NCBI GenBank assembly: GCA_002633005.1
Contig: NMRA01000034.1
Location: 513,326 to 577,325 of the forward strand
Direction: 5' to 3'
From: Phoronis australis
Taxonomy: Eukaryota; Animalia; Phoronida
DNA length: 64,000 bases
Shown here in pieces: positions 26,601 through 37,898 of this stretch. The first letter of the stretch is position 1; every line of letters begins with the position of its first letter. The position numbers and the translations under genes were made by a program. The notes under the pieces are model-generated. The model saw nothing but the letters and a program-made list of their open reading frames with translations, searched no databases and was not told the DNA's origin.

Positions 26601-29600
26601 TGTTCATATATTGTATTCTATGTCCACGGCAACAATCCTTTGTGTACATGACATCTCCCAATCTGCAACATGGCCAATTGCAGAGTGATTACATCTGCAG
26701 GATAAATACTTGGTATCTGAATGGTTTAAAAGGTTTGGCTTTCATCCATGGTTCACAGTTTTTACGGTTACCTGTCTAGACCAATGACTGCGTCCTTCAC
26801 CACTATACGGTTTCCACCAATAGAAAAGCAGTTCAACATGTGGATTTTGTTCCTAGGAAGCATACTTAAGATAGAAACGATACATACAATCATGAAGGAA
26901 TAAAGGGATATCCTAAGATTTTGTGGCATTAAGCATCGCATATTTGGCCTAATGTAGAGTCATGTTGTGGCCAAAGCCAAACGCTATAAAATCCACAAAG
27001 TTAGTACCAGACACAGATGAAATTAGAATTCTGGAAAACATGCAGGCATGGTTGCAATAAATTATGCAAATCTTGATTGACATTTATGATGTGGTATACA
27101 CTGAAATAAAACATAGAGCAGACACCGTTGTATGGCATTAAAACCTGCTGTGATCCAGCGTGTTGTCAAAAATGTAATTGTTAATTAAAATTTGTATAAT
27201 TCAAAATACTTCAATAACACTGTCTAACATTGTTCCATTCTCAGGTTACAAAACTGCCTTCAGTCGCAGACTTTAGAAGGTCCGACAATTTGTTGCTATG
27301 GGAGACCTCGCTCCATTAGTTAGCTAGACATAGTGGGTCATTTTATGTGCCGTGAATGACCTTAAACAATACTGCTGTTCTATCCAAGCCCAAACTGAGA
27401 ACTCACATATTACATAATAATCACTATTTGCAATAAGCTTCAGCTAAACTCAATGAATAACCAAAGATTTATTTCATCTTTTCTCACAACAGAATTGTGT
27501 ACAATAAATAGTACTCACCAACTCACGTCCTTTTCTGCTGTTATAGTTCGTATAAAACTTGAATCCTTCGTCATCAAATCCTTTCAAAAGTACTGTCCGC
27601 ACTGATGGCTTGCCATCTCTATAATCAAGAGCAAAATAAGCGTGCAAAAAGAATGAAGACAACCATTCTCTTCTTTCTGTTCAATGCTATGAAATCATGA
27701 AACTGCTAATAAACCTTAACAGATTGCATTGAACACCCTCTGTCCGACAACACCAGTGTCAACACTCAGTTGTAATTGAGAGCCAATCCTGAACTGGTCA
27801 AGTTATCGAAAGGCTAGCCATCCCTACAATTGGCCAAAGTGTTTTCTACTCATAAATGCACCGAATGTTCTTCATCATGGTTAGGAAATTTGCAAGAGTG
27901 ATTTCAAATAGGGAAATTTAGGGAGCTCAGGGGCCCTGGACCTCCCACCCGTGACCATGACAAAAAAAAATAAACGTCAGCACTCCATTTAGGGGTTATA
28001 CGGACAGTTAAACAGGAAATTCAGGTTAACAGTAAGTTATGGCAAACCCAAAGTATCATAAGATATACCAGTAAACCCATATATACATATTTTATAATAT
28101 AATTAACAAGTGCATCAAAATGAAGGGGCACTTAACATTCTGCAGGTGGCGTATACATTATGCACCAGAAGACATGAAATTTCATTTCCTCCTTTTATCA
28201 AAAAGATATTAAACAATTTAATAAATAACTTTGCTGTGTTCCCGATTTATGTGATGTAGCTACAATCCAACAATACTTTATGATCGACATATGTCCCGAA
28301 TAATAGATAAATGATACGTGCGTCGCAAGCTCGTTACCAGAGATGAAAAGTAGACCGAGGTAGGCGATATAAGGTCATTTATTATGACTAGTACAACTAC
28401 AATAAAACGAATACAGGTAAATAACCTATGATAGGTAATCTCTGGTAAGATAGGCAATAAAAAGCAAACCACAGATGTCTAAGGAACTATTCCAAAATAA
28501 GACTGACCTACTTGAATAGTGAGATAACGCTGAACTCACTATAACAAAAAATGATAATTGTGGATGCACTTTTAAAGATCGTTCTTGACTTATTTTTTAT
28601 ATGAGTAACAAATCTGGTAACACGTTCCAATGCCAAGTGGTTGTTGCATTGTTTAGTGGCAACATTTGCATGCAGGCTAGATCTTATTAGTAATGCAGCT
28701 TTTAAACATGGAGCATTTAGTCATATTATTTATGAAAGTCACCTCACAACTGACACCGATTGTGTGATAGGCCTCTGATGGAGGTTTTTTGGCAACGAAA
28801 AAGGGGCAATTTTGGGAATGGCTTTTAGGAAAAACAGTCTTGCCACTTGATTCCACAGGGATCATTTTAGAAGTGTGCCCAGTGACTAGTTGCATAAGGT
28901 AGACAGATTGAGAAATATGTTGTTTTTGAAACTATGTTTATTTGTACACCGTATAACAAGCACCAAATAGGGATGGCAGACATTATCGCCCAAGGGATAG
29001 AATTATCCCAAATGACCAACGGTTTCTCTAAAGTGATGACAGAAGTTCGCTGTTCCCATAAGCTACACAACCACGGAACTCTACAACTCCGAATAACTGT
29101 CATCACTGAGTGCATGCACATATCACCAGTAATGAACTAAAGAACTAAACATTCACTAAGACTTACTTGGTAGCTGTGGCAAGTGACATGGCGTTGGCTT
29201 CTAAATGGCCGTCCTTGCAGTGTTCACATGCTTCGTTGAACCAGGCAGCAAATTGTTTCATTGGTTCCAGGGCCACCAAGTCAGCGACATCAAATGTATT
29301 TTCATAGCCATTGTAAGGCTTGCGCATGGCTATCAACAAAAATTAATGAACAGTTAGGTCACCGTGGTTGCTGACAATGACATTCATACATTGTGTCAAT
29401 TAGTCATAGCTGTACAAGAAGTTTACAAGATATATCTTCTTTAAGGGTTGTTCTGATAAAAATGAAAGGCTCTGGCCCTACGCTCCTCCCTCTGCGGTGT
29501 CTCACGTCCCTGGCAACCCCCCCCTGCATTGTCTCACGGGCCCTGGCCCTGCCCCCTGTCCTTCTGCATTGTCTCACAGGCACAATCTGTCATGTATATT

Positions 29601-32600
29601 AACCTGTTTTTTCTTTTGGCAGAAGGAAGGAAGAACGTAGTCATCGACAGGCTCTAATACATTCTTCTCCACACCATTATGGGCAGGCTCTGGGAAATAT
29701 TTTGGGGGCATATTATCTCCTAATCAGTTCAAGCAGTCTAATTAGAAGTCACGCCCTTCAGTCAATGAGGCCTCGCTATACAAACGACATTTAATCCACA
29801 GACTTACAGAGAACTATTTCATTGTCACCATAGGATGCAGCTGAAACAGAACTTTGTCTGAGACAAAATGCATATTATGGTCTGCTGATTTTGAAGGGCA
29901 ACTGTTTCATACATGTGGGTATTGTTTATAAGGGTATGACTTTAATGTCAAGGATTAATACTAGTTGAAAGCTTCCTGCATAGAAGAATTAATGGGGGCA
30001 TATGTCCATGGTACAGTAGCATCCTAGAGTGAATTCAAGCATTACTTTCAAAGCTTACTGGCTTTGGCGGGTGGGGGGGGGGGGGGTTAGGNNNNNNNNN
30101 NNNNNNNNNNNNNNNNNNNNNNNNNNNNNNNNNNNNNNNNNNNNNNNNNNNNNNNNNNNNNNNNNNNNNNNNNNNNNNNNNNNNNNNNNNNNNNNNNNNN
30201 NNNNNNNNNNNNNNNNNNNNNNNNNNNNNNNNNNNNNNNNNNNNNNNNNNNNNNNNNNNNNNNNNNNNNNNNNNNNNNNNNNNNNNNNNNNNNNNNNNNN
30301 NNNNNNNNNNNNNNNNNNNNNNNNNNTGGTTTAGTTGCTAAAAACGAGTTCAGGAAAAATCAAAGCAACAATATGAAACGAAAAGAGTGCGGGAATGGGT
30401 TCTGTCATGGGAAATTAGGTTTCCTGGCCTGCGAGACAGTCAACAAGGGATAACGTGTGATTTTGCCGGCGTTTACCCAAGTACAACTGGAAGCACCACA
30501 TTCGTTGGCGGATGTAAGTCATACAGATAAGCGCAAAAGGAAAAAAGTGAATGATTGACCACATATTTTCTACACTACACAGCAGTTTTAAAGGCCTGGT
30601 ATTTATTCAGGTGGAGTTCCAAAGGAAATTCTAATGAATTCCCGGCTCCCAGTGGCGACTCCCGAAAGAAGAGGAATACGGTCTTCAGGATTGTCGCTCT
30701 GAAGAGTGACTTTCGCGGTCTATCTATTTTTCAAAAATGTAATTATTTATTGAAAATAAAAGTATATGTGGCATTATTATGTTAAAATTTGATTTTAATT
30801 TAATACAAGGTACCAATGACCAAAACTGTGCAAGATTTTTACGGATAGCAAAAATTCAAATTCAGGTTAAGCAACAGCTCAAGTTTAATGCATGAGGGCG
30901 TATAAACTAATGAATACACAGAAGTGTCTAGAGTTCATGTCTTAGCTCATTTCGGCGCCTGTGAACGTGAGACAGTGGTTCAGATACCATAGTTACTCTT
31001 CTAATTTGTCTCTGTAGTGTTTTGACACACATTACAAGTAAATGTACTATAAGAAGAATCGTTAAAAATATTAACTCATGTATATAGCGTGCACAAGACA
31101 AGAGGAGGCTCAGCACAGGCAGCCCTACGGTAACACATTACCTAGGTGTGCACATGCACGGTGCTATTTGGGATTGTAATTGGAGCAAGTGAATTTTTTG
31201 TTCGGGCAAGTAAAAGTTTCAATTACTTGCCCGAAGGGCAAGTGACTTAAAAAGTTAATGTTGAGCCCTGAAGAATGTGCAAGATATTACACGTACAGAC
31301 GAAGAGAAAATGTAAACTCTGCTATCAAGACATAAATATCATAATTGTGACTGACTTAACAAAGACACTTCACTTGGACTGTCTACGTCATAGGAAAAGT
31401 TTACTTCTGTGTTAGACTTTTTGTACTTAATTGACATTGACATCATTATTGAGTAACCTAAAACATTTTCCCATACTGTATCAAACACTCTGTAGACTTC
31501 CATTTCAAAGTCATTGTCTAAGCAAATGGGTTATGACATACCGGGTATGTGATATGTTTGTAAATAAGTCCAACTTCTAAAAATAAAAAGTTGAATACAC
31601 ACAGTTATTTGTTTGCACTACTGTGCATTACTATTAAAATGAGTGGGTAAAAATAAGGTGCACAAAAAATGCACACTAGCTAATGGAGAACGTTGACCGC
31701 TGCGCGGTTCTGGCACGTTGCAGTTTTTACGCGTGCGACCTGTTTAGATTTTCAGGTGTGGAGAACACTGTTATATACTTAATGTTGACCAATCACAACA
31801 TTTTAAGTCACACACATCGTCATCCGTGTAAACAATTGTTTTGGTTCACTAAATGTTTTGTAGGTTAGCCTTCTTAATGACACAACACTATGGATATCAA
31901 ATGGAATCCATTGATTGTTCTGTAATGGTGAATTCCATTGATCCTGAATTTCGGGTAAGCATTTATTAAGCTAGAAAAAACTGAAGTCCTGGACACGACT
32001 GTTTCACTCCTCAACCAGAACTGAGACAACACTTAGCCAACCATAACCCAAGTGAGACACATTCGTAATTAACATAACAACGGTGAGTATACAAAGTCAA
32101 CATGACCCATATATTCATATATAAACGGTCAGAGTTACAATACGAATGGGGAGGGGGAACTTTTCTTTGAACAGTCCGTCATATCCTTTGGTGCAAGCAG
32201 TGAAAAAAGGGCCAGTTGCTGATTTGGGCAACAGAGCAAAGGACTGTTTGAAAAAATGTTTGATTGCAGAAGTATTTGTTTGAGCTGGGAAGACTAAAAA
32301 ACATTGATGGGCTCCTAAGATGTCATTCTTTGCACAGAATGTACTTAGAGCGTCACCAGTTTGATGGTTTAATCAGTGAGAGGCATAATTCACAGAAAAG
32401 CTTCCAGCACATGGAGGGCCTAAGGGACGGCTACCGTCTCTGCTAAGGCCACTTGCAATGGTGAAACTAGCAAGTAGGGCTTTATTCAGGATTTCGAAAA
32501 TAGGGTGTCCAAAATGGGGTTCCCAATATTCCAGGGCGTCCATGATTCCAATGACGCATTACCCCCACTACCCACCACCATTCACCAGTAACCCCCTCCC

Positions 32601-34915
32601 CCCACACACACAAGAGGTTTTTTACAAAAAATGCGCTGAACAAGGCTTTTAGAATTAAGTTTACAAAAACAGCTCTCCTGTAGTGATCTTTTTACTAAAA
32701 AACTGTGTGGATCAAGACTTTTATGTCTAAATTTACGAAAACAGCCAAATAGCTAACCAAACAGGTAGTACAGATATTACAGATTTTGGTTGAACGATGA
32801 GTGCAAATTACTGATATAAAGTTTATCATATCAACTTAACTAGCTTTATATTATGTACAATGAGTCACCAAAGCTGCATTTACCAACACAAGAAAAATGC
32901 ACAGATGATGCTATGGCAGAGACACTCTAGCAACCAAACATGTGCCTATGATTGACAGGTCTACTAAATACTTTGAAAATAGTTTGAACATTGTAACACT
33001 TTATACACATTTTACATACTTTGTATATTTATTTCTGAGTTGAAAGACCCAACTTCTCTCTTTCAATAACTGGGGTGTCCTAGTAATTTTACAATGTGGG
33101 TGTCCAAAGGAGAAATTCTGAGTGACAGGGCGTCCAAATGATACATTGGGCCTCCTTGCCAGGGCTTCCATATTAGTGCTAGGGCAGCCATTTGGACGCC
33201 CAGGACCTACGCTGCATGAAGGCCTCCTGGCAAGGCAGTGGTAATACTTACTTGGCAACACACAGCCCCTCGGTTAGCTTTACAGGGGCTACAGAACTCC
33301 ACATCGGATTGTGTATTCACATCCCATGCATTTTAAACGGGAGGCTGCCTTAATACAGTCACCACATAAGTGGTTTTCATCTTATTAAAACTATATTTTA
33401 CACGTAAAATTGTCTTTTAAAAAAGCGCTTTCTTTCTTCAGAGATCATGTATGGTTCTATAAATATCTTTGATGAAGCATGTCTATTTGAAGTAATATGA
33501 CTTTGGCGAAGAATACCAACTCCACTTTCTTGGTCAACATTAACTTTTTCACTGCGCACAATAACCGCAGCATATTTCAATTTGACATCACGCAAGTTAG
33601 GCAACAACAAATGCGAGACTGAGCTAAGCGCATAACCTAGAGCATGACACTTGCAAAAGTAGCATGGGAAGATATTTGGTAGTATTAGTAAGATTTGTGT
33701 CCTTGTTGCAGCCAAAACTGATGTCTACGCCAAACTGAGATGACATACCTCAATTTGGCGTGGGTTAGTAAGTGAAACTGGTGCCTGCACCTAACCGAAG
33801 CTACTGTAAGTTACCGAAATTACTCCCAGTGGTTAATGGTTAAATTGATGACATTTATTGCTCACGTATGCAGGTCATAAGGATTAACCACATAGGGGAA
33901 AGTGTTCTGGAAAACTATTATGCACCACTCATTGCCGTCAGTTTCAGTTCTGCTAACCGTTAAAAAATCATAAACCACTAGCAATAATTTGAAAATAGTA
34001 GCTTCAGTATGGTAAAGGCATCAGTTTTGCTCACCAAACCATGCTAAATTGAATTTCCCCAAATCAGTTTAGCGCAGGCATCAGTTTGAGCTGCAACATA
34101 CCTTGGACTTTTTGTCCATCAACAGGCGTGTTTTCCCATAACTTCCGTAAAATGGCAACAGGTGGGGGAAGCTCGAGTGAACCACGACAAATATTTATGG
34201 ATACTGGTATGTAAAAATGATGGTGACTAGATTGTCTCCAGAGTCATGGTACACCTATAACTCAATGTGTATATGCATGTTTCATTCGATGTTATTTGTT
34301 GTATTTTGAGATGAGTAACCATTTATGCAGGTCTGTATGCAAGTGTATGCCTGTGGCCTGCCTTCACAGCGATGCCACAAGTGATGTAAGCACTGGCCGG
34401 AAAAATCTGTCACTGACTTTGAGAACCAAGCAATCCTTGAATAACGAGCCCATTATTCAGCGGATGAAACCACAGGCGTCCTCAGCTTCTGATCGTCCCC
34501 AATACACTACATGTAGTGTATTGGGGACGATCAGAAGCTGAGGACGCCTGTGGATGAACTGGTTCTCACAATCAGGGACCGCTTCATCCGACCAGCCCCG
34601 ACGATGTAATTGCCTATAGTACCTACCAGCCACATTTACACCTGAGGTTGTGAGAGACTGGGACATGTCTTCTACCACTTCTTCTAAATGACTGTACTCA
34701 GGATGCGTGATGGCAGATAGATTAGGGCCACCTGCACCAAATGAATGAGAATTCGAAGATGAAGAACGAGAAAAACTAGTCGCGATGTCGATGCCGGTTG
34801 CTTTTGTAACCTTTAATTGTATCGGTACGATCTTTATCTTGTCAATGAGGCTTCTATTCAGCGCGAAAACAGGTGGAACCTTGAGCAAAGACCAACAAAC
34901 TCGGTTAAGATTCAT
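23470..34915 (-). CDS. PNPO: Pyridoxine/pyridoxamine 5'-phosphate oxidase; spliced, about 325 aa from the first ATG using exon 4A
   Basis: Exons on minus: 34915-34627, 29329-29167, 27618-27519, 26285-26232 (or alternative 26852-26772), 25393-25265, 24337-24261, 23635-23470; all phases consistent. Motifs [65 protein letters not shown]. Confidence 0.95.
24261..24337 (-). CDS. PNPO: PNPO exon ([13 protein letters not shown]...VPKPDYW)
   Basis: taaag| and |gtgaga. Confidence 0.92.
24353..24541. repeat. Minisatellite, 45-bp unit, 4+ copies
   Basis: acactcaacattcaccttagactcttgagtgttgaaagtcttctc, nearly perfect copies. Confidence 0.97.
25265..25393 (-). CDS. PNPO: PNPO exon ([10 protein letters not shown]...[19 protein letters not shown]...KK)
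   Basis: ttttag| and |gtatgt. Confidence 0.95.
26124..26157. repeat. Perfect 34-bp palindrome
   Basis: taaaaacgctgtcatgc|gcatgacagcgttttta. Confidence 0.97.
26232..26285 (-). CDS. PNPO: PNPO exon 4A ([18 protein letters not shown]), 54 nt
   Basis: tttccag| and |gtaggt; phase 0-0; NPxxxLxFYW motif. Confidence 0.9.
26772..26852 (-). CDS. PNPO: PNPO alternative exon 4B ([27 protein letters not shown]), 81 nt
   Basis: cttcctag| acceptor and cag|gtaacc donor; phase 0-0; open frame; homologous to exon 4A. Confidence 0.75.
27519..27618 (-). CDS. PNPO: PNPO exon ([13 protein letters not shown]...NSRKGREL)
   Basis: tatag| and |gtgagt; FMN-binding motifs. Confidence 0.96.
29167..29329 (-). CDS. PNPO: PNPO exon (MRKPY...FAAWFNEA...[12 protein letters not shown])
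   Basis: gatag| and |gtaagt; not represented in the ORF track. Confidence 0.95.
30092..30326. other. Assembly gap preceded by a poly-G run
   Basis: Run of N. Confidence 1.
31184..31270 (-). mobile_element. hAT-like terminal fragment
   Basis: Minus strand starts CAGGGCTCAACATTAAC, followed by repeated ACTTGCCC/GGGCAAGT subterminal motifs; partner end not found. Confidence 0.4.
32199..32425 (+). mobile_element. Diverged copy of the MITE arm seen at 194-425
   Basis: Shared cagtg.aaaaa.ggccagtt.ctgattt ... gtatttgtttgag.tgg.aag ... ctcctaag.tgtc ... ataattc.c.gaaaagctt. Confidence 0.65.
34627..34915 (-). CDS. PNPO: PNPO putative first coding exon with long N-terminal extension
   Basis: ORF from ATG 34915; tg|gtaggt phase-1 donor joins the next exon to give ...GVNVA-A-MRKPY. 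Confidence 0.7.
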
Positions 34916-35520
34916 AAGCAGATCTGATAAGGATTACAGAAAAAGGCATTTACACACAGGCTTCAACAAAAGAACGAAATCTTACGCGACTGAGACTTAC
35001 GTAAATATGGAAACGCCAGGAAACGGGAAAATGAAACCGGATATGGATATCAGCTGTGGGCTTTGTGCGGTTGCGCACTGTGTGACCCATATTTTGGGAA
35101 CATCTCCGGTGAAAGAGCGGTGCCTTGTTAAAAGTTTTTTTTTAGTGAAACACAACTAAAGGTAAGTTTAAATTTTAAAGAAATGTTCAATCAGTACATT
35201 GGACTACATTTGTGTATGTTTTAGGGCTAGACTTGCTAAAATTCTGCAGAAAATCGACATTTAATTTTCCCTGGTTTCTTTGCACCGTCTTACGGTTCCT
35301 CACGTCGCGGGAAAAAAATGAATTATGTTTATATAGTTTTAGCTGTGAATTCTTTACTTATTTGTTATTTCAAACAATAGTCTAATGTCAGTATTATTTT
35401 CCTCTGACTTACTTTTATTTTCGATTGTCAGTTATTTTATGAAGTTGTTGTCTTCGCTTTAAAAATGGCGACTTGGCGGGAATTCCCTACGACATGTGAT
35501 CTTAGTTGTGGCGGGAAACC
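34916..35520. promoter_or_regulatory. Probable bidirectional PNPO/CDCA7 promoter region with three E2F-type sites
   Basis: Divergent genes; + strand donor ag|gtaagt at 35161/35162; GCGGGAA at 35307, 35476 and 35511; YY1-like AAAATGGCG at 35462; CATGTG at 35493. Confidence 0.6.
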
Positions 35521-36167
35521 CCTTCGCCGCTATTATTTAATGATTCCTAGTTTATACATTTATGAAATAAGATATTGACATTGAAATAAGTAAAATCCAT
35601 AAAATATTAAACTAAATGGTGATTTTGTACTGTTTATACTTTTCAAATAGAAATATGAATTTTTGTCCACAGAATTGATAACCACTTAATCAACGCAGCN
35701 CCCCCCCCCCCCCTCCCAGCCCCTATAGTGCGCCACCCATGATTATAATACTAAAATGTCTGACAATCAGGATAGGAACTCCATGGTTGCTTCACTGCAG
35801 CTGTCAATATCACACACAAATTGAAATACATTTACACAAAAATTGATATCATTCAACAAACCCAGTGTTCTCCATGACCTCCCTTCGCTTCTGACCTGTT
35901 TAACTAATATGCGACACAAATGATGTTTTCATTTTGACCAAAAAGTTTAATTGTTTTGTCGCTGCACACTCCTATCTAAATTTCCAAAGAGATTGTAAAT
36001 GCGGCCTGTTTGAATTTTTGAATATGGAGAACACTGAAACCATGCTCCTGTTAGCATTTACAGCAATTTCGCAACGAATTCTCTATCAAAACACAAAAAT
36101 GTTTACAAAAGGCTTGACTCCTCGCAACTGTTTTGTAGACAGTTCGTGTTAGTTGGTTCAAGGTTAA

Positions 36168-37500
36168 AGGCGAAGGCAACCTTTTTTCACGTCATTTTTA
36201 GCAAAAATAAGGTTCGTTGATTATCCCAAACATATTTTTCACTTATTTACTGCTTTTCGTACTTTAATTAATTACTCGTCGTCTACTCCGGAAGTAACAT
36301 TTTGGGAGGCAAGAATTTCGCGCCAATTTCTTTTCATATAGTCTGACTGTGAGAGCAGTTGAGTCGGTCATTGTTCTACCTCGGTTGTGATAAGTTCGGT
36401 CATCGTTTGCTTTTGCTTACGAGTCATTCAACATGCCACGCTGTTGCTGCGTACTGGGGTGTACTCATTATCGTCTCACGTACAGAGGAAGAACTGTCCC
36501 ACTTTCCCGAGTGTCCCGCGACACACTCCCACTGGAGGGTGATCTGAGCATCCAAACTGCTTACATCCCGCCATGTGACTCCCTCGCCACACACCTGGCA
36601 CCTTCCAAATAGCTCCAATACAAGTCCACAATAAACTTATCAAAGTTAGGCTCACCGATCTGTGCATTGGATGACGAACTGTCCTCTTCACTGGGTGTCG
36701 AACTGGGCCTGTATTCACTCCCACTACTCAACATCGCTGCAGGGCTGCTTACAGGCTCTGGGCTAGAGACAACAGCACAGGGGGAATCACTGCTAGTTCC
36801 CAGAATTGCTCGCAATGGGATACGTTCGGAGGCACGGGTGACAGTAGATGAAGTGCCTTCAGTCACTGTATATAGTGGCCACAGCTCGCAAGGCTTCTCG
36901 CTTCAAAAATGCACTTCTCGGGGTTGGCGACGGGGCACTGCCGGGAATCAACAGTGACGGTATGGTACCCTTCTCCAGGCATTGTTTCGCAGGGACCTTC
37001 ATCAATTCAGCGTATATATCTGTCATAATCTGAGGGCAGAAAATGCTTGCCACACACTCGGTAACCCTCCATTGCTTTGTACGTTGCGTTGTCGGGTAGC
37101 GCTACGACCTTCACATGAACGAGCTAGCCAAGTACGGCGAAGTGTGTCATCCTTCGGAAAGCGACGCAAGGTACCCAAAGCTGGTGTGAGACGACAATGA
37201 GTACATCCCGGCACGCAGCAACAGCGTGGCATGTTGACTGACTTGTAAACAAAAGCAAACGGTGACCGAACTTATCACAAACGAGGTAGAACAATGACGG
37301 ACTCGACAGCTCTCACAGTCAGACTATAATGAAAAGAAATTGGCCCAAACCTCTTGCCTCCCAAAACGTCACTTCCGGAATAGAGGACGTCGAGAAATTA
37401 ATCAAATTACGAAAAGCTGAAATTAAGTGAAAAATGTGTCTGGGATAATCAACGAACCTTATTTTGCTAAAAGTGACATGAAAAAAGGTTGCCTTCGCCT
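36168..37500 (-). mobile_element. Non-autonomous Kolobok-like DNA transposon, copy A, with decayed THAP-transposase 5' part
   Basis: TTAA on both sides (36164-36167, 37501-37504); termini AGGCGAAGGC...GCCTTCGCCT; about 250-bp imperfect TIRs; frameshifted THAP (MPRCCCVPGC...FPKD...W...RVCGKHF...LEKGTIPS) followed by FIVDL..ELFGRCQVC...ECVAGHSGKWDS. Confidence 0.85.
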
Positions 37501-37832
37501 TTAAGTACGGAATTACCCAATGAGTAAAGGATGGATAACGCCAATTGCCGGTTCATCACGGAAGGTTAAAAGTTATAATCACTTTAGTGTGATCTTAAAG
37601 GTAATAGTAACAGTCCCATATGCAACCCAGTTTTGGCATTGTTATCCATGGGGAGTTGACCATAAAATGCAGGTTTGTCCTTCATAAACAGTTAGTAAAT
37701 GGCTTTCTGTGAATTTTTGCCTTGAGCACATGAATACGTCTTTTGTTGATTTCGTTTTACATTGAATGTTAAAATTTCTAATGCTGTAGTCTGTGGGCCC
37801 CTAATATTTAGTTTGTGTTTGTTTTCAGTGCC

Positions 37833-37898
37833 ATGGCTTGTCAAATTGGTGAATATGAGCAGCAACGACTTAATAACATAGCAGACAACAGAGTCATG
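37833..37898 (+). CDS. CDCA7: CDCA7 first coding exon ([22 protein letters not shown])
   Basis: ttttcag|tgccATGg (good Kozak context) and |gtaatg. Confidence 0.85.

Noticed and set aside
33398-33715. 105-aa minus-strand ORF as PNPO first exon
   Set aside because: It starts at a non-ATG codon and has no recognisable motif; 34915-34627 gives a better junction (VAAMRKPY).
36561-37232. Functional or domesticated THAP gene
   Set aside because: Frameshifts and stops split the THAP domain, no DDE domain is present, and it lies within TIRs.
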